Shown here piece by piece: positions 1-9,655 of a DNA stretch of 64,000 nucleotides. Origin of the DNA: an uncultured Alphaproteobacteria bacterium (GTDB lineage Bacteria; Pseudomonadota; Alphaproteobacteria; Methylaequorales; Methylaequoraceae); assembly GCA_902526865.1 (NCBI GenBank), contig CABZMK010000003.1, positions 14,640 through 78,639 on the forward strand, in the 5' to 3' direction. Position 1 is the stretch's first letter, and each line of letters opens with the position of its first letter. Both the position numbers and the translations under genes were made by a program. Below the pieces are notes generated by a model. It was given only the letters and a program-made list of their open reading frames with translations. It did no database searches and was not told where the DNA came from.

Positions 1-463
1 TAGCATAATCTGATGGAATAGAGTTTTTGTCATCGATATTAATGATTGCTCTCCATTTAGTAAAAACTGCTCCTAATTTTTTATATTCTTCAATTCTTTT
101 AGCCAAACCATCAAGGCCTTCAGTAATTTTTTCGTGAGAGTCAAAAGTCAAAGGTAAAGCTCCATTATCAACTTTTATTCCAACTAAAATTCCTAAATTT
201 TTAAGAAATTCACTAAATGGAATTCCTTCACCTGTTGATTGACGAATTGTTTCATCATATAATATGATTCCACTAATAAACTTATTTAAATCATGGGTTT
301 TAAAGAGTAACTCTCTATATTTTCGTCTGTTTTCAAATGAAGAATCAACATTGATGCTTTCAAACCTTTTTGTAATTGTGTTAGTACTCTCGTCGGCAGC
401 TAAAATACCTTTAGGGGGTTTTGAAAGGGTAACAGCTATTTTGTCTAGATTATTATCGTTCAT
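1..463 (-). CDS. fba: Fructose-bisphosphate aldolase, class I (eukaryotic type); the C-terminal part runs off the window
   Basis: My translation of the minus strand from the ATG at 463..461 gives MNDNNLDKIAVTLSKPPKGILAADESTNTITKRF...LVGIKVDNGALPL...EGLDGLAKRIEEYKKLGAVFTKWRAII. It contains the GILAADES and GIKVD motifs of class I aldolases. It lies downstream of tkt-pgk. It is open-ended, so it is absent from the ORF track. Confidence 0.85.
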   Translation of the reverse strand, partial: MNDNNLDKIAVTLSKPPKGILAADESTNTITKRFESINVDSSFENRRKYRELLFKTHDLNKFISGIILYDETIRQSTGEGIPFSEFLKNLGILVGIKVDNGALPLTFDSHEKITEGLDGLAKRIEEYKKLGAVFTKWRAIINIDDKNSIPSDYA

Positions 464-467
464 AAAT

Positions 468-1661
468 TCAATGGTTTAAACTTGTAAGTCCCGGCATTGA
501 TGTACCTTGTACAAATTCTAAAAAGGCTCCTCCACCTGTTGAAACAAATGAAAAATCATTAAAACAATTAAGTTTGTTCAGTATGGATATAGTATCACCT
601 CCACCAGCTACAGAAAAGAAATTTTTATTTTTATTAGATCTTACTGCTCCTAGTACGTAATCTGTGCCTTCATCAAACGGTTCTCGTTCAAAAAGTCCAA
701 GAGGCCCATTCCATAACAAAGTGTTAGTATTTAATACTTCGTTGTAAAAAAGCATTCTGGATTGGGGACCAATATCAACGATCATGTCATTTTTATCAAT
801 TTTTTCGATAAGTTTTACTTCAGGTGATTTTGTAAATTTTTTATCTATAACAATAGCATCAATTGGCAATAAAATTTTTTCCCTAAATTCCGTTACTAAA
901 TCATCACAAAACTGAGCCATTTTTTTTTCATATAAAGAGGTTCCAATATCAATGCCTTTAGCGTATAAAATTGTATTTGCCATTGCACCACCAACTAATA
1001 CTTTAGCAAATTTCTTCGCATAAAACTCTATAAGCTTAATTTTTGTTGAAATCTTAGAACCGCCAAATACAGCAACTCCTTCATTTTCATTTTTAACTAG
1101 GAATAGATTTTTTAGGTTTAAAATCTCGTTTTCAAGAAGCTTTCCAGGAAAAGACGGAAGGAATTTAGGAACTCCTGAAATAGATGCATGAGCTCTATGA
1201 CTGCAAGAAAAACATTCATTGATAAAAATATCAGCAAACGAAGATAATTTCTTCACAAACTTTTCTTCATTCTTTTCTTCTTCAGCATAAAATCTAATAT
1301 TTTCAAGCAAAATTAAATCGTGAACTTTAAATTTATCAATGATATCTTGCCTTTTAACACTCTTAATATTGTTTTTAAAAAAAAAGATCTTTTTACCAGT
1401 AAGTAATTCAATTTCGTTAACTAAAATATTCAGAGAAAAATCTTCATTCCATTCGCCTTTTGGTCTTCCAAGGTGAGTAACAATAATAATTTTGGCTTTT
1501 TGATCTAGAAGTTTTAAAATTGTAGGAACTATTTTCGATATTCTTGTTGAATCAGTAATTTTGCCGTCACTTATTGGTACATTCAAGTCGACTCTTATCA
1601 TAACTGTTTTGTTGAAAACAAAATTATAAGAGTCCGAGAATTTTTTCTTAAGAGTAATCAT
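468..1661 (-). CDS. pgk: Phosphoglycerate kinase
   Basis: 397 aa. N-terminal RVDLNVP motif, and full-length PGK-like layout ending in GGGAFLEF. 4-nt overlap with tkt. Confidence 0.95.
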   Translation of the reverse strand: MITLKKKFSDSYNFVFNKTVMIRVDLNVPISDGKITDSTRISKIVPTILKLLDQKAKIIIVTHLGRPKGEWNEDFSLNILVNEIELLTGKKIFFFKNNIKSVKRQDIIDKFKVHDLILLENIRFYAEEEKNEEKFVKKLSSFADIFINECFSCSHRAHASISGVPKFLPSFPGKLLENEILNLKNLFLVKNENEGVAVFGGSKISTKIKLIEFYAKKFAKVLVGGAMANTILYAKGIDIGTSLYEKKMAQFCDDLVTEFREKILLPIDAIVIDKKFTKSPEVKLIEKIDKNDMIVDIGPQSRMLFYNEVLNTNTLLWNGPLGLFEREPFDEGTDYVLGAVRSNKNKNFFSVAGGGDTISILNKLNCFNDFSFVSTGGGAFLEFVQGTSMPGLTSLNH

Positions 1662-3622
1662 AGTTTTATTTTTGCCATAATTTTATTTACTACTTTTTCG
1701 GTTGTTAATCCAAAATAATCAAATAAGTCCTCTGCTTTACCAGATTCTCCAAATTTATCTATTCCAAAAATTAAGTCATTTTCTCTTACAAATTTGTACC
1801 AGCTTTGAGTACTCGACGCCTCAATTATAACTCTTATTTGATTTCCAAGAACCTTTTCTTTATATTTTTTATCTTGTTGATCAAATAAATCTAAACAAGG
1901 GATAGAAACCAAATTTGACTTAATTTTTTTCTTGAGCAAATAGTTTTGGATTTCGTATCCCAAAGAAACTTCAGAACCGGTTGCAATTAAAGAAATTTTA
2001 TTATTTTTTTGTTCCTCTAATATGTATCCACCTTTCATAGACAAATTATTTTTAAACTTTTTCCTTAGTAAAGGAAGATTCTGCCTTGATAAAGCAAGGA
2101 CTGTAGGAGTGCTTTTCGAATTTAGTGCTATTTCCCAAGCTTCAAATGTCTCAATGGCATCACATGGTCGAAAGACATTAAGATTTGGAATTGCCCTCAA
2201 TCCTGGTAAGTGTTCAATGGGCTGATGTGTAGGCCCATCCTCGCCAAGACCAATTGAGTCATGTGTAAACACATATATAATTTGTTGTTTCATCATAGCT
2301 GAAAGACGAATTGAATTTTTACAGTAATCTGAGAAAACTAAAAATGTTCCTCCATATGGAATAAATCCTCCATGAACAGCTAAACCATTCATTGCTCCAG
2401 ACATTAAGTGTTCTCTAACACCATAGTGGATATAATTTATATTTTTTCCATGCAAATTTGATGAAGAAATTTTTGTGAGATTTGATCCCGTTAGATCAGC
2501 AGAACCACCAATAAGATTTTCAATCTTCTTATTGAAAAATTCTAATGTGTTTTGAGATGATTTTCTAGTTGCTTCATTTTTGATATTTTTTGATATATTT
2601 TCTAAAAAAAAGAAAACATCCTTGGATCTTTCAAATTTTCTTTTCTTCATTTGTTTAAGAAGATCTTTTCGAAGTTGTGAATTTTTTAATCGAATTTCCC
2701 AATTCTCTCTATTTTTTTTGCCTTTTGTCTTCAGACTTCTCCAATTATTAAGAATTTTATCTGGAACTACAAAATTTTTTTCTATTAAATTCAGGTTTTC
2801 TTTTGTAAGTTTTGCTTCAATACTTCCAAGTGGCGCTCCATGAGAACTTTCTTTACCAGATTTATTTGGGGAACCATAACCAATAACTGTTTTGCAGCAA
2901 ATAAGAGTTGGTTTGGAAGATCTTGTTGCTTGTTTAAAAGCATTACTTATTTCGTTAAAATTGTGACCATCTATCTTCATCGTATTCCAATTACTAGCTC
3001 TGAATCTTTTTTCTTGATCGTCTGAACAAGTTATATCAGTGGAACCATCAATAGAAATTTTATTGTCATCAAATAAAACTATCAATTTATTTAATTTTTG
3101 GTGTCCTGCAAATGAAATTGCTTCCTGTGAAATCCCCTCCATCAAGCAACCATCACCGACAATAACCCAAGTTTTATGATCAACTAGTTTACCATATTTT
3201 TTATTTAAAATTTTTTCTGCTAGAGCCATGCCAACACCGTTAGCTAATCCTTGTCCAAGTGGACCAGTTGTAGTTTCAATACTTTTTAATAAACCGTACT
3301 CAGGATGACCAGCAGTTTTGCTACCAAGTTGTCTAAAACTTTTTAATTGATTAAGACTACAATCCTTATAACCAACTAAATATGAGAGAGCATAAAGTAG
3401 CATTGACCCATGACCAGCGGATAATACAAATCTATCTCTGTTTAACCAGTCAGGGTTATGTGGATCAAATTTAAGATATTTTGAAAATAAAACTGTGGCT
3501 ACATCTGACATTCCAAGCGGCATTCCGGGATGACCAGAATTTGCTCTTTCTACAGCATCTATAGAGAGACCTCTAATTGCATTAGACATATATTGTAATT
3601 TTTCTTGTTCCAATTTATTCAT
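1658..3622 (-). CDS. tkt: Transketolase
   Basis: 654 aa. SGHPGMPLGM and GDGCLMEGIS thiamine-diphosphate motifs, and a typical length. Confidence 0.95.
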   Translation of the reverse strand: MNKLEQEKLQYMSNAIRGLSIDAVERANSGHPGMPLGMSDVATVLFSKYLKFDPHNPDWLNRDRFVLSAGHGSMLLYALSYLVGYKDCSLNQLKSFRQLGSKTAGHPEYGLLKSIETTTGPLGQGLANGVGMALAEKILNKKYGKLVDHKTWVIVGDGCLMEGISQEAISFAGHQKLNKLIVLFDDNKISIDGSTDITCSDDQEKRFRASNWNTMKIDGHNFNEISNAFKQATRSSKPTLICCKTVIGYGSPNKSGKESSHGAPLGSIEAKLTKENLNLIEKNFVVPDKILNNWRSLKTKGKKNRENWEIRLKNSQLRKDLLKQMKKRKFERSKDVFFFLENISKNIKNEATRKSSQNTLEFFNKKIENLIGGSADLTGSNLTKISSSNLHGKNINYIHYGVREHLMSGAMNGLAVHGGFIPYGGTFLVFSDYCKNSIRLSAMMKQQIIYVFTHDSIGLGEDGPTHQPIEHLPGLRAIPNLNVFRPCDAIETFEAWEIALNSKSTPTVLALSRQNLPLLRKKFKNNLSMKGGYILEEQKNNKISLIATGSEVSLGYEIQNYLLKKKIKSNLVSIPCLDLFDQQDKKYKEKVLGNQIRVIIEASSTQSWYKFVRENDLIFGIDKFGESGKAEDLFDYFGLTTEKVVNKIMAKIKL

Positions 3623-4596
3623 TTTATTTTTTCTATTATAAATCGTCCGAATGCTCTTGGCCCTCCAGAGGTTTCTATTTTTTTTTTTACACTAAAATCG
3701 TTTAAATTTATTAAAATAATATTGTCTTCAAACCAACACGCAACAACAATTAAATTTTGAGTGTAACTTATATCAATCCCCTCAGGATATTCGCAAACAT
3801 CAACCAATGTTTTGACATTTTCTCTTTTGTCCATGTTAATTATCGAGATACTGTCGTCTCTTTGGTTTGTGATGTATAAATTGTTATTTTTTTTATCGTG
3901 AACTGCAGAATATGGCCACTTACCAACGTTTATATTCTTTAGCAAATTAAAACTCTTTTTTTCAATAATTGATACAGAACTGGATTGAACATTTGTGACA
4001 ACAATATAGTCTAAATAATCCTCTGAATAAACTCCAAATGGTGAATTCTCCACATTTAAAGATTTTAAAACTTTAAAGTTTTCTGTGTCAATCAACGAAA
4101 CATTATTACTTTCCCTATTTGCAACATAAAGTTTTTGATTTTTTTTATCAAAATAAATGCCAGCTGGTGATTGTCCTACCTTAATTTCATGTTTTTTTTT
4201 CTTTGTCACAAAATCTATAACTGAAATAACATCATCATACCAATTAGATACGAAAATGTTATTTTTTGAACTATCAAATGAAATTCCGAGTGGACTGTTC
4301 CCAGCTTCAATAAAAAAATGTGATTCATCATATAGATCTAAAACTGAAATATTATTACTATCAGGATTTGAAACAAAAATTTTACTTGACCCTGAATCAA
4401 TGAATATTGCAGCAGGTTTCTTCCCTAACTCAATCTCTTTAATTTTTTCTTGAATTGTTAAATCAATTACATCTAGCATATTACTTTCTTGATTTGTAAT
4501 AAACGCTAGTTCTTTTGGGATCAGGGGGCTGAAACAAATAATAATTAATGAACAAAGAATAAATTTAATTTTTTTCAATAATTTTTTTGAGTCCAT
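3619..4596 (-). CDS. Secreted YVTN-type beta-propeller repeat protein
   Basis: Recurrent roughly 40-aa units end in hydrophobic-x-V/I-I/L-D (ISVLDL, VISVIDF, VSLIDT, VSIIEK, ISIINM). N-terminal signal-like segment KIKFILCSLIIICF. The start is set at the second Met; the exact start is uncertain and overlaps the upstream gene. Confidence 0.6.
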   Translation of the reverse strand: MDSKKLLKKIKFILCSLIIICFSPLIPKELAFITNQESNMLDVIDLTIQEKIKEIELGKKPAAIFIDSGSSKIFVSNPDSNNISVLDLYDESHFFIEAGNSPLGISFDSSKNNIFVSNWYDDVISVIDFVTKKKKHEIKVGQSPAGIYFDKKNQKLYVANRESNNVSLIDTENFKVLKSLNVENSPFGVYSEDYLDYIVVTNVQSSSVSIIEKKSFNLLKNINVGKWPYSAVHDKKNNNLYITNQRDDSISIINMDKRENVKTLVDVCEYPEGIDISYTQNLIVVACWFEDNIILINLNDFSVKKKIETSGGPRAFGRFIIEKIK

Positions 4597-5092
4597 TAAG
4601 ATTTTCAACAATAAATATTTTTACTTTTTTCTTTGAATTTTCGTCATTAAGCTCCGATGGAGGATCATTGCCCATGAACCCCCTGTAAAACCCGCTCTTA
4701 TAGACGACTTTAGTTTTGTTATCGCTTGGTTTGACAAAAATTTTTGCAGAGTAACTGTTTACGGGTAAAACTTTATTGTCGGTTTCGATTATTCTCCAAT
4801 TAACCATCATTTTGCTTTCATCTATTTTTTCAAGTTTCTGTTTAATACTTTCACCTGATTTGAAAAAAATGGTTCTCTCTGCACCAACATCATTTGAGCT
4901 TACACTAATTTTTTCAACACTTTTATTCCAATTAAAGTTGTTAAAATCACTGACAATTTTCCATACTTCATCTGAAGAAGCATTAATCTCGATGGATTCT
5001 GAAACTTTTTGCCTAGAAGGACCGTGACCGTTAGTAGGTGTTGAGAGCAAAAGGATAACAAAAAGAATTGTTGAGTTTTTTAAATATGACAT
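4565..5092 (-). CDS. Secreted SRPBCC (START/polyketide-cyclase-like) ligand-binding domain protein
   Basis: 175 aa. N-terminal signal peptide (ILFVILLLSTPTNGHG), then a roughly 150-aa domain of SRPBCC size and pattern (VWKIVSDFNNF...W). The family call comes from pattern recognition only. Confidence 0.5.
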   Translation of the reverse strand: MSYLKNSTILFVILLLSTPTNGHGPSRQKVSESIEINASSDEVWKIVSDFNNFNWNKSVEKISVSSNDVGAERTIFFKSGESIKQKLEKIDESKMMVNWRIIETDNKVLPVNSYSAKIFVKPSDNKTKVVYKSGFYRGFMGNDPPSELNDENSKKKVKIFIVENLNGLKKIIEKN

Positions 5093-5108
5093 AATTAATC
5101 CTCTTAAA

Positions 5109-5303
5109 TTATAAAACCTTAAACTTATTTTTATCTTCTAAAACTGATAATGCAACTAAGATTTCTGAATTTTCATCATTTATTTCTGCTATGACAGCAT
5201 GAACTACTCCAGAAATTGTTTTTAATCTCTTAACTTTATATTGAGTTCTATTGAATTTTCTTTCTGAAACTTTCTGAACTATTTTATTTAGTATAAAATC
5301 CAT
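5109..5303 (-). CDS. Hypothetical small protein (64 aa)
   Basis: The ORF is first in the minus-strand string and divergent from the MMPL gene. No recognisable motif. Confidence 0.3.
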   Translation of the reverse strand: MDFILNKIVQKVSERKFNRTQYKVKRLKTISGVVHAVIAEINDENSEILVALSVLEDKNKFKVL

Positions 5304-5357
5304 AAAAAAATATGTTAACTTGTTTTCATTAATTAATAGTATAATTGATAATTTACA

Positions 5358-7850
5358 ATGAATAAATTATTAAACATAGTTTTAACAAATCCAAAAAAAA
5401 CTTGTTCCTTATTTGTTTTTATTTCCTTAATTTCTTTAATCCTTATCTCTAATCTTAAAATAAATACATCAACTGATTCACTTATAAACGAAAATTTAGA
5501 TTTTAAAAAAAATCAAAAAAAACTAAAAGATTCCTTTAAAGTTCTTAACAATAATATTTTTATAAGAATTAAGGGTGAAAATTATGATGAAGTAAAATTT
5601 GCATGTGAAAAGTTTGTGAAAAAGTTGAATGGTTCAGATGGCGTGTCTTTCATTTTTTCACCAAATCTAGATAAAAATATGAAAAAAAATTTTTTTCTTT
5701 TTCTGAATGACTTTGAAAAAGACAATTTGATACAAAAAATATATGAATCACAGCCTTTTTTATCTCAAATAAATAATCATAAGGATAAGCTAGAAGGTCT
5801 AAATAATATTTTAGAATTATCACTACGATCTGATTCAAAAGAGGATAAAGATAGCTTTGATAAAATATTTAAAATTTTTAATGAATCTCTTTCATTAAAA
5901 AAAAAAGTTGAGTGGACAAATATTTTATCCTCTCAAAAAAATGAGTTTTTTATTCTTTTTGGGTTATCTGAAGAATTTCTTGAAAAAAATTCATTTAAAG
6001 TTATTTACGAACATCTTGTTAATTTTAAGTCCGAACAAAGCCCTAGCATACAAGTAGATTACACTGGGGGATTGCTAATTGACTATGAAGAAGTTGCGTC
6101 AGTTTCCTCGGGTGCCTCGCTATCTGGTTTGCTAAGCTTTTTAATGGTAGCAATTTTACTTTGGATAGCATTTAAAGACCTTTATTTATTGTTTTCGATC
6201 GTTTTAACTATTATTTTGGGTTTAGTTATTACACTTGGTATTACAACATTAGTAATTGGTTCATTAAATTTAATCTCTGTTGCATTTGCCGTACTTTTTA
6301 TAGGTCTTTCCGTTGATTATGGGATTCAAATTTGCTCAAGAATTAAAGAAAAGAATTTATTAACAAACAAGACTATTAAAGAAAAAACAAAAATTATTGA
6401 GTCAGTTGGGAAAATATTATTAATAGCTTCAATTCCTTCTATAGTAGGTTTTTTATCCTTCATTCCAACTGATTATGTTGGTTTGTCAGAACTAGGCATT
6501 ATTTCAGCAATCGGTTTGTTAGTTGGATTAATCTTAAATACATTTTTTTTACCGTGTTTACTTGGAATTTTTTTAAAAAAAAAAAAAATTGGTTTCATAG
6601 TGTTGAGTTCGAATCTTTATGAAAATTTTTTAATTAACAATAAAAATAAAATATTAATAACTTTTTTTATTATTGTTATTTATTCATCTTTCAATTTAAG
6701 TAAGATAACTTTTGATTCAGATGCTTTAAACTTAAAAGATCAAGATCTACAATCTGTGAAACTTGCTAAAGACTTAATTGAAAATAATCCAACATCTGAT
6801 TATATCGCTTCAGTAATTTTTACAGAAAAAGAATTAAAGAGTTTCAAATACGATCATCCAATTTTTAAGAATGATATTGTGAGTGATTATTTTTCTTATG
6901 AAAAAATATTTAAAAAGTATGAATCAGAAGATTTAGATTACCTCAAATTCTTACTATCTAATAAAAAATTTGAGAGACCTTCAGACGAGGGCGACCAAAA
7001 AGCAAGATTTAGTTTACTGCTTGACAAATATATTCAAGGAGACTTTGGTCAAGTGTCTTTGAATGCGAAACTCTTAAAAGATAATATTTCTTTATTTCAA
7101 AGTGATAAAACTTCATACCTCGAAATTGAAGAGATCTTTTTTGAGAAATTTGATGATCTCATATCAGTCGTTTTAAATCTTGGTTCTATTCCAGATAATT
7201 TGTCTAGTCAAATACCTGAGAATTTTAGTAACAGATATATCTCTGATGATAATTTATATCGTGTTGAAATTTTCCCAAGTAGAGACTTATCGAAACCAGA
7301 GGATCTTAAAGAATTTGTAAGTACCATAGAGACTTTTTTTCCAGGTGCTACAGGCATGCCAATAGTCCAATTTAATGCAGGAAAGATAGTTGTCGATTCG
7401 TTTAAAAAAGCTTTGATAATTTCACTATTTTTCTTAATTCTATTTTTATTTCTAATTTTTAAAAAGGTGAATTATGTTTTAGTTTGCATAATTTCGTTGG
7501 TTTGTGCATTCATTTTAACTATCTTTTTAATGATTGTTCTAAAATTAAACTTTAATTTTGCAAATATGATTGCGATACCCTTGCTTTTTAGTTTAGGTGT
7601 AAGTTATCCAATATATTTTATAAAGCGATTTGATGAACTAGGAAGTTTTAAAAAATTATTTTCATCTAACACCCCTTTGGCAATTTTATTTAGCGGCTTA
7701 ACAACAATTTTTTCATTTAGCACGTTATTTTTCTCTTCACATAATGGAACATCTTCTATGGGCCTTTTGTTATTTATTTCATTGTCAAATACGTTGATAA
7801 CTAGTCTTATTTTACTCCCAATTTTTATTAAAATATTTAGAATTAAATAA
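5358..7850 (+). CDS. MMPL/RND-superfamily membrane transporter (HpnN-like architecture)
   Basis: 830 aa. Two repeated halves, each with one N-terminal TM helix, a large soluble domain and a cluster of about 5 TM helices (for example LSFLMVAILLWIAF...GLSVDYGIQ and the C-terminal LFFLILFLFLIF...). This is typical of MMPL exporters. Confidence 0.7.
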   Translation: MNKLLNIVLTNPKKTCSLFVFISLISLILISNLKINTSTDSLINENLDFKKNQKKLKDSFKVLNNNIFIRIKGENYDEVKFACEKFVKKLNGSDGVSFIFSPNLDKNMKKNFFLFLNDFEKDNLIQKIYESQPFLSQINNHKDKLEGLNNILELSLRSDSKEDKDSFDKIFKIFNESLSLKKKVEWTNILSSQKNEFFILFGLSEEFLEKNSFKVIYEHLVNFKSEQSPSIQVDYTGGLLIDYEEVASVSSGASLSGLLSFLMVAILLWIAFKDLYLLFSIVLTIILGLVITLGITTLVIGSLNLISVAFAVLFIGLSVDYGIQICSRIKEKNLLTNKTIKEKTKIIESVGKILLIASIPSIVGFLSFIPTDYVGLSELGIISAIGLLVGLILNTFFLPCLLGIFLKKKKIGFIVLSSNLYENFLINNKNKILITFFIIVIYSSFNLSKITFDSDALNLKDQDLQSVKLAKDLIENNPTSDYIASVIFTEKELKSFKYDHPIFKNDIVSDYFSYEKIFKKYESEDLDYLKFLLSNKKFERPSDEGDQKARFSLLLDKYIQGDFGQVSLNAKLLKDNISLFQSDKTSYLEIEEIFFEKFDDLISVVLNLGSIPDNLSSQIPENFSNRYISDDNLYRVEIFPSRDLSKPEDLKEFVSTIETFFPGATGMPIVQFNAGKIVVDSFKKALIISLFFLILFLFLIFKKVNYVLVCIISLVCAFILTIFLMIVLKLNFNFANMIAIPLLFSLGVSYPIYFIKRFDELGSFKKLFSSNTPLAILFSGLTTIFSFSTLFFSSHNGTSSMGLLLFISLSNTLITSLILLPIFIKIFRIK

Positions 7851-8307
7851 TTTCCCAGTTTCCGTCTTTATTTCTGCATGCTGAAGAATTTTCTTCAATT
7901 ATTTCATTATTTTTTCTAATTACCTTTTTAAAATCTCTACAATCTCTATTTTTCATTTTATAATTATTTAGTGGAATTACTTCACCAGTAGTGTTCTGAT
8001 TCTCATTGCTTTTCCAGGATTCACTTGCATTATCAGGTGTAAAGTTAAGAGAATTTTGAATCACGTTATTAAACTCCTCTCTTTCTTTTTTACTTAAAAT
8101 TTCTACAATTTTACCACCTAAGATATATCCAGTTGCACCACCTAAAATAACAGAAATATCTTTTGTGGCTCCAGAACCGATTTTAGAACCAACATATCCT
8201 CCTACTGCTGCACCAATAATTTGACCGAATACCTTTTTATCACTTGTATTTTCGCATGAAACAATTGAAAAGATTAAATAAAATATTAAAATTTTATATT
8301 TGTACAT
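7843..8307 (-). CDS. Lipoprotein with glycine-zipper (17 kDa surface-antigen-like) domain
   Basis: Lipobox-like FSIVSC. Glycine zipper GQIIGAAVGGYVGSKIGSG...GGATGYILGG. The Cys-containing C-terminal domain resembles the surface-antigen family. Confidence 0.6.
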   Translation of the reverse strand: MYKYKILIFYLIFSIVSCENTSDKKVFGQIIGAAVGGYVGSKIGSGATKDISVILGGATGYILGGKIVEILSKKEREEFNNVIQNSLNFTPDNASESWKSNENQNTTGEVIPLNNYKMKNRDCRDFKKVIRKNNEIIEENSSACRNKDGNWEII

Positions 8308-8335
8308 TTTATATATTTAATAATTATCAAATTAA

Positions 8336-9655
8336 CTACAACTTTTCCTTAATATCGAATCCTCTAAAACATTTGAATCTTGGAAACCTTAAACTCCAGT
8401 GTTCACCATCCTGACTTTTACTAATAGAATCTGCCTTGATTTCGACTATTTGACCAATCAATTTATGTTTGTTTCTCCAAAAAGATTCTCTTTGTTCGTC
8501 TGAAAATCCAGAACCTATATTCAATCTAAAAAACTTATCATTGTCAACGCCTTCAGCGATGATTGCTCCTAATTTATTAGTATTTCTTCCAGTTCCTTCT
8601 TCAAAATCTTTTACTTCAAGAGATATTTCTATGACAGGTTTTAATTTTAACCATGTTGTAGATCTTTTGCATTCATAAAATGATGCTGGATCTTTTATCA
8701 TAATACCTTCGTAACCTTGAACTATAGATTCATTATTAAAATTTCTTAAAACGGACAAGCCCTCAGAACAATCAAGATTTATAATTTTTTTTTCAATCAA
8801 TTTAATTTTATCTGAATTTTTAATAAAACGATCGTACCAATTTCTTAAATTTAAAGTTCTTAACTTATAGGTTTTTTTGTAAATACCAACTTTAAATTTT
8901 TCAAATGGAAGAAAATCAAATAAAAATAGTGTTGCATCTTGATTTTGAATAACTTCCTTTCTATGAATTTGTTTCATTAGTTCCTGAAAATTCTTACTAA
9001 CAACTTCTCCGTCAATTACTATTGCTTCATCCAAGGTGTTAATTTTAATTTTTTCTCTTAATTCTTCTTGCAAATTATTAAAATTTGTTAATTCTTTTCC
9101 ATTTCTACTAAACATGTCTACTTTTCCGTTTGGGTATAAAACAGTAATGACTCGCACGCCATCTAACTTTACCTCAAGAATCTTTTCCCCAGTCAGTTTT
9201 TTTTGATGTAACTCTGAATCTTGTGCTAATTGACACGCAAAAACAGGAATAATAAATTCAACAAAACCATTTTTTTTTGCTACATTGTTTATAGTTTTCT
9301 CTGAGAGCCCACATCTCATGTCTTTTTGTAAAATCCTTTTATAGAAAAAATTCCATTCATCTATATGTGATTTTTCCATTTTTTCTAAAATTTCATCTCT
9401 TGCTGCATGACCAGTTAATTTTCTAGATATTAGTTTGTCTGCTAATTGACGAAATTCTTCCCATTCTAATCCATCTCCATTCGATTCAGATTTTGGAACT
9501 TGTTTAACACCGAAAGTTAAAAGTTTATTGTAAGCTAGGCTCATTCCTTTGAAAAATACCTCGTTTTTATTTTTCATTTCGTTAAGAATTATTTCTTCTT
9601 TTGATAACCGAGAACTTGTTGACTCAAGTTTTCTTATGATTTTAAAATTTTCCAT
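8336..9655 (-). CDS. ATP-dependent DNA ligase (DBD-NTase-OB, three-domain type)
   Basis: 439 aa. Motif I adenylation lysine in EVKLDGVR, motif IV EGIMIKD, motif V WLKLKP. The N-terminal STSSRLSKEEIIL-type DNA-binding domain resembles archaeal/eukaryotic-type ligases. Confidence 0.85.
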   Translation of the reverse strand: MENFKIIRKLESTSSRLSKEEIILNEMKNKNEVFFKGMSLAYNKLLTFGVKQVPKSESNGDGLEWEEFRQLADKLISRKLTGHAARDEILEKMEKSHIDEWNFFYKRILQKDMRCGLSEKTINNVAKKNGFVEFIIPVFACQLAQDSELHQKKLTGEKILEVKLDGVRVITVLYPNGKVDMFSRNGKELTNFNNLQEELREKIKINTLDEAIVIDGEVVSKNFQELMKQIHRKEVIQNQDATLFLFDFLPFEKFKVGIYKKTYKLRTLNLRNWYDRFIKNSDKIKLIEKKIINLDCSEGLSVLRNFNNESIVQGYEGIMIKDPASFYECKRSTTWLKLKPVIEISLEVKDFEEGTGRNTNKLGAIIAEGVDNDKFFRLNIGSGFSDEQRESFWRNKHKLIGQIVEIKADSISKSQDGEHWSLRFPRFKCFRGFDIKEKL

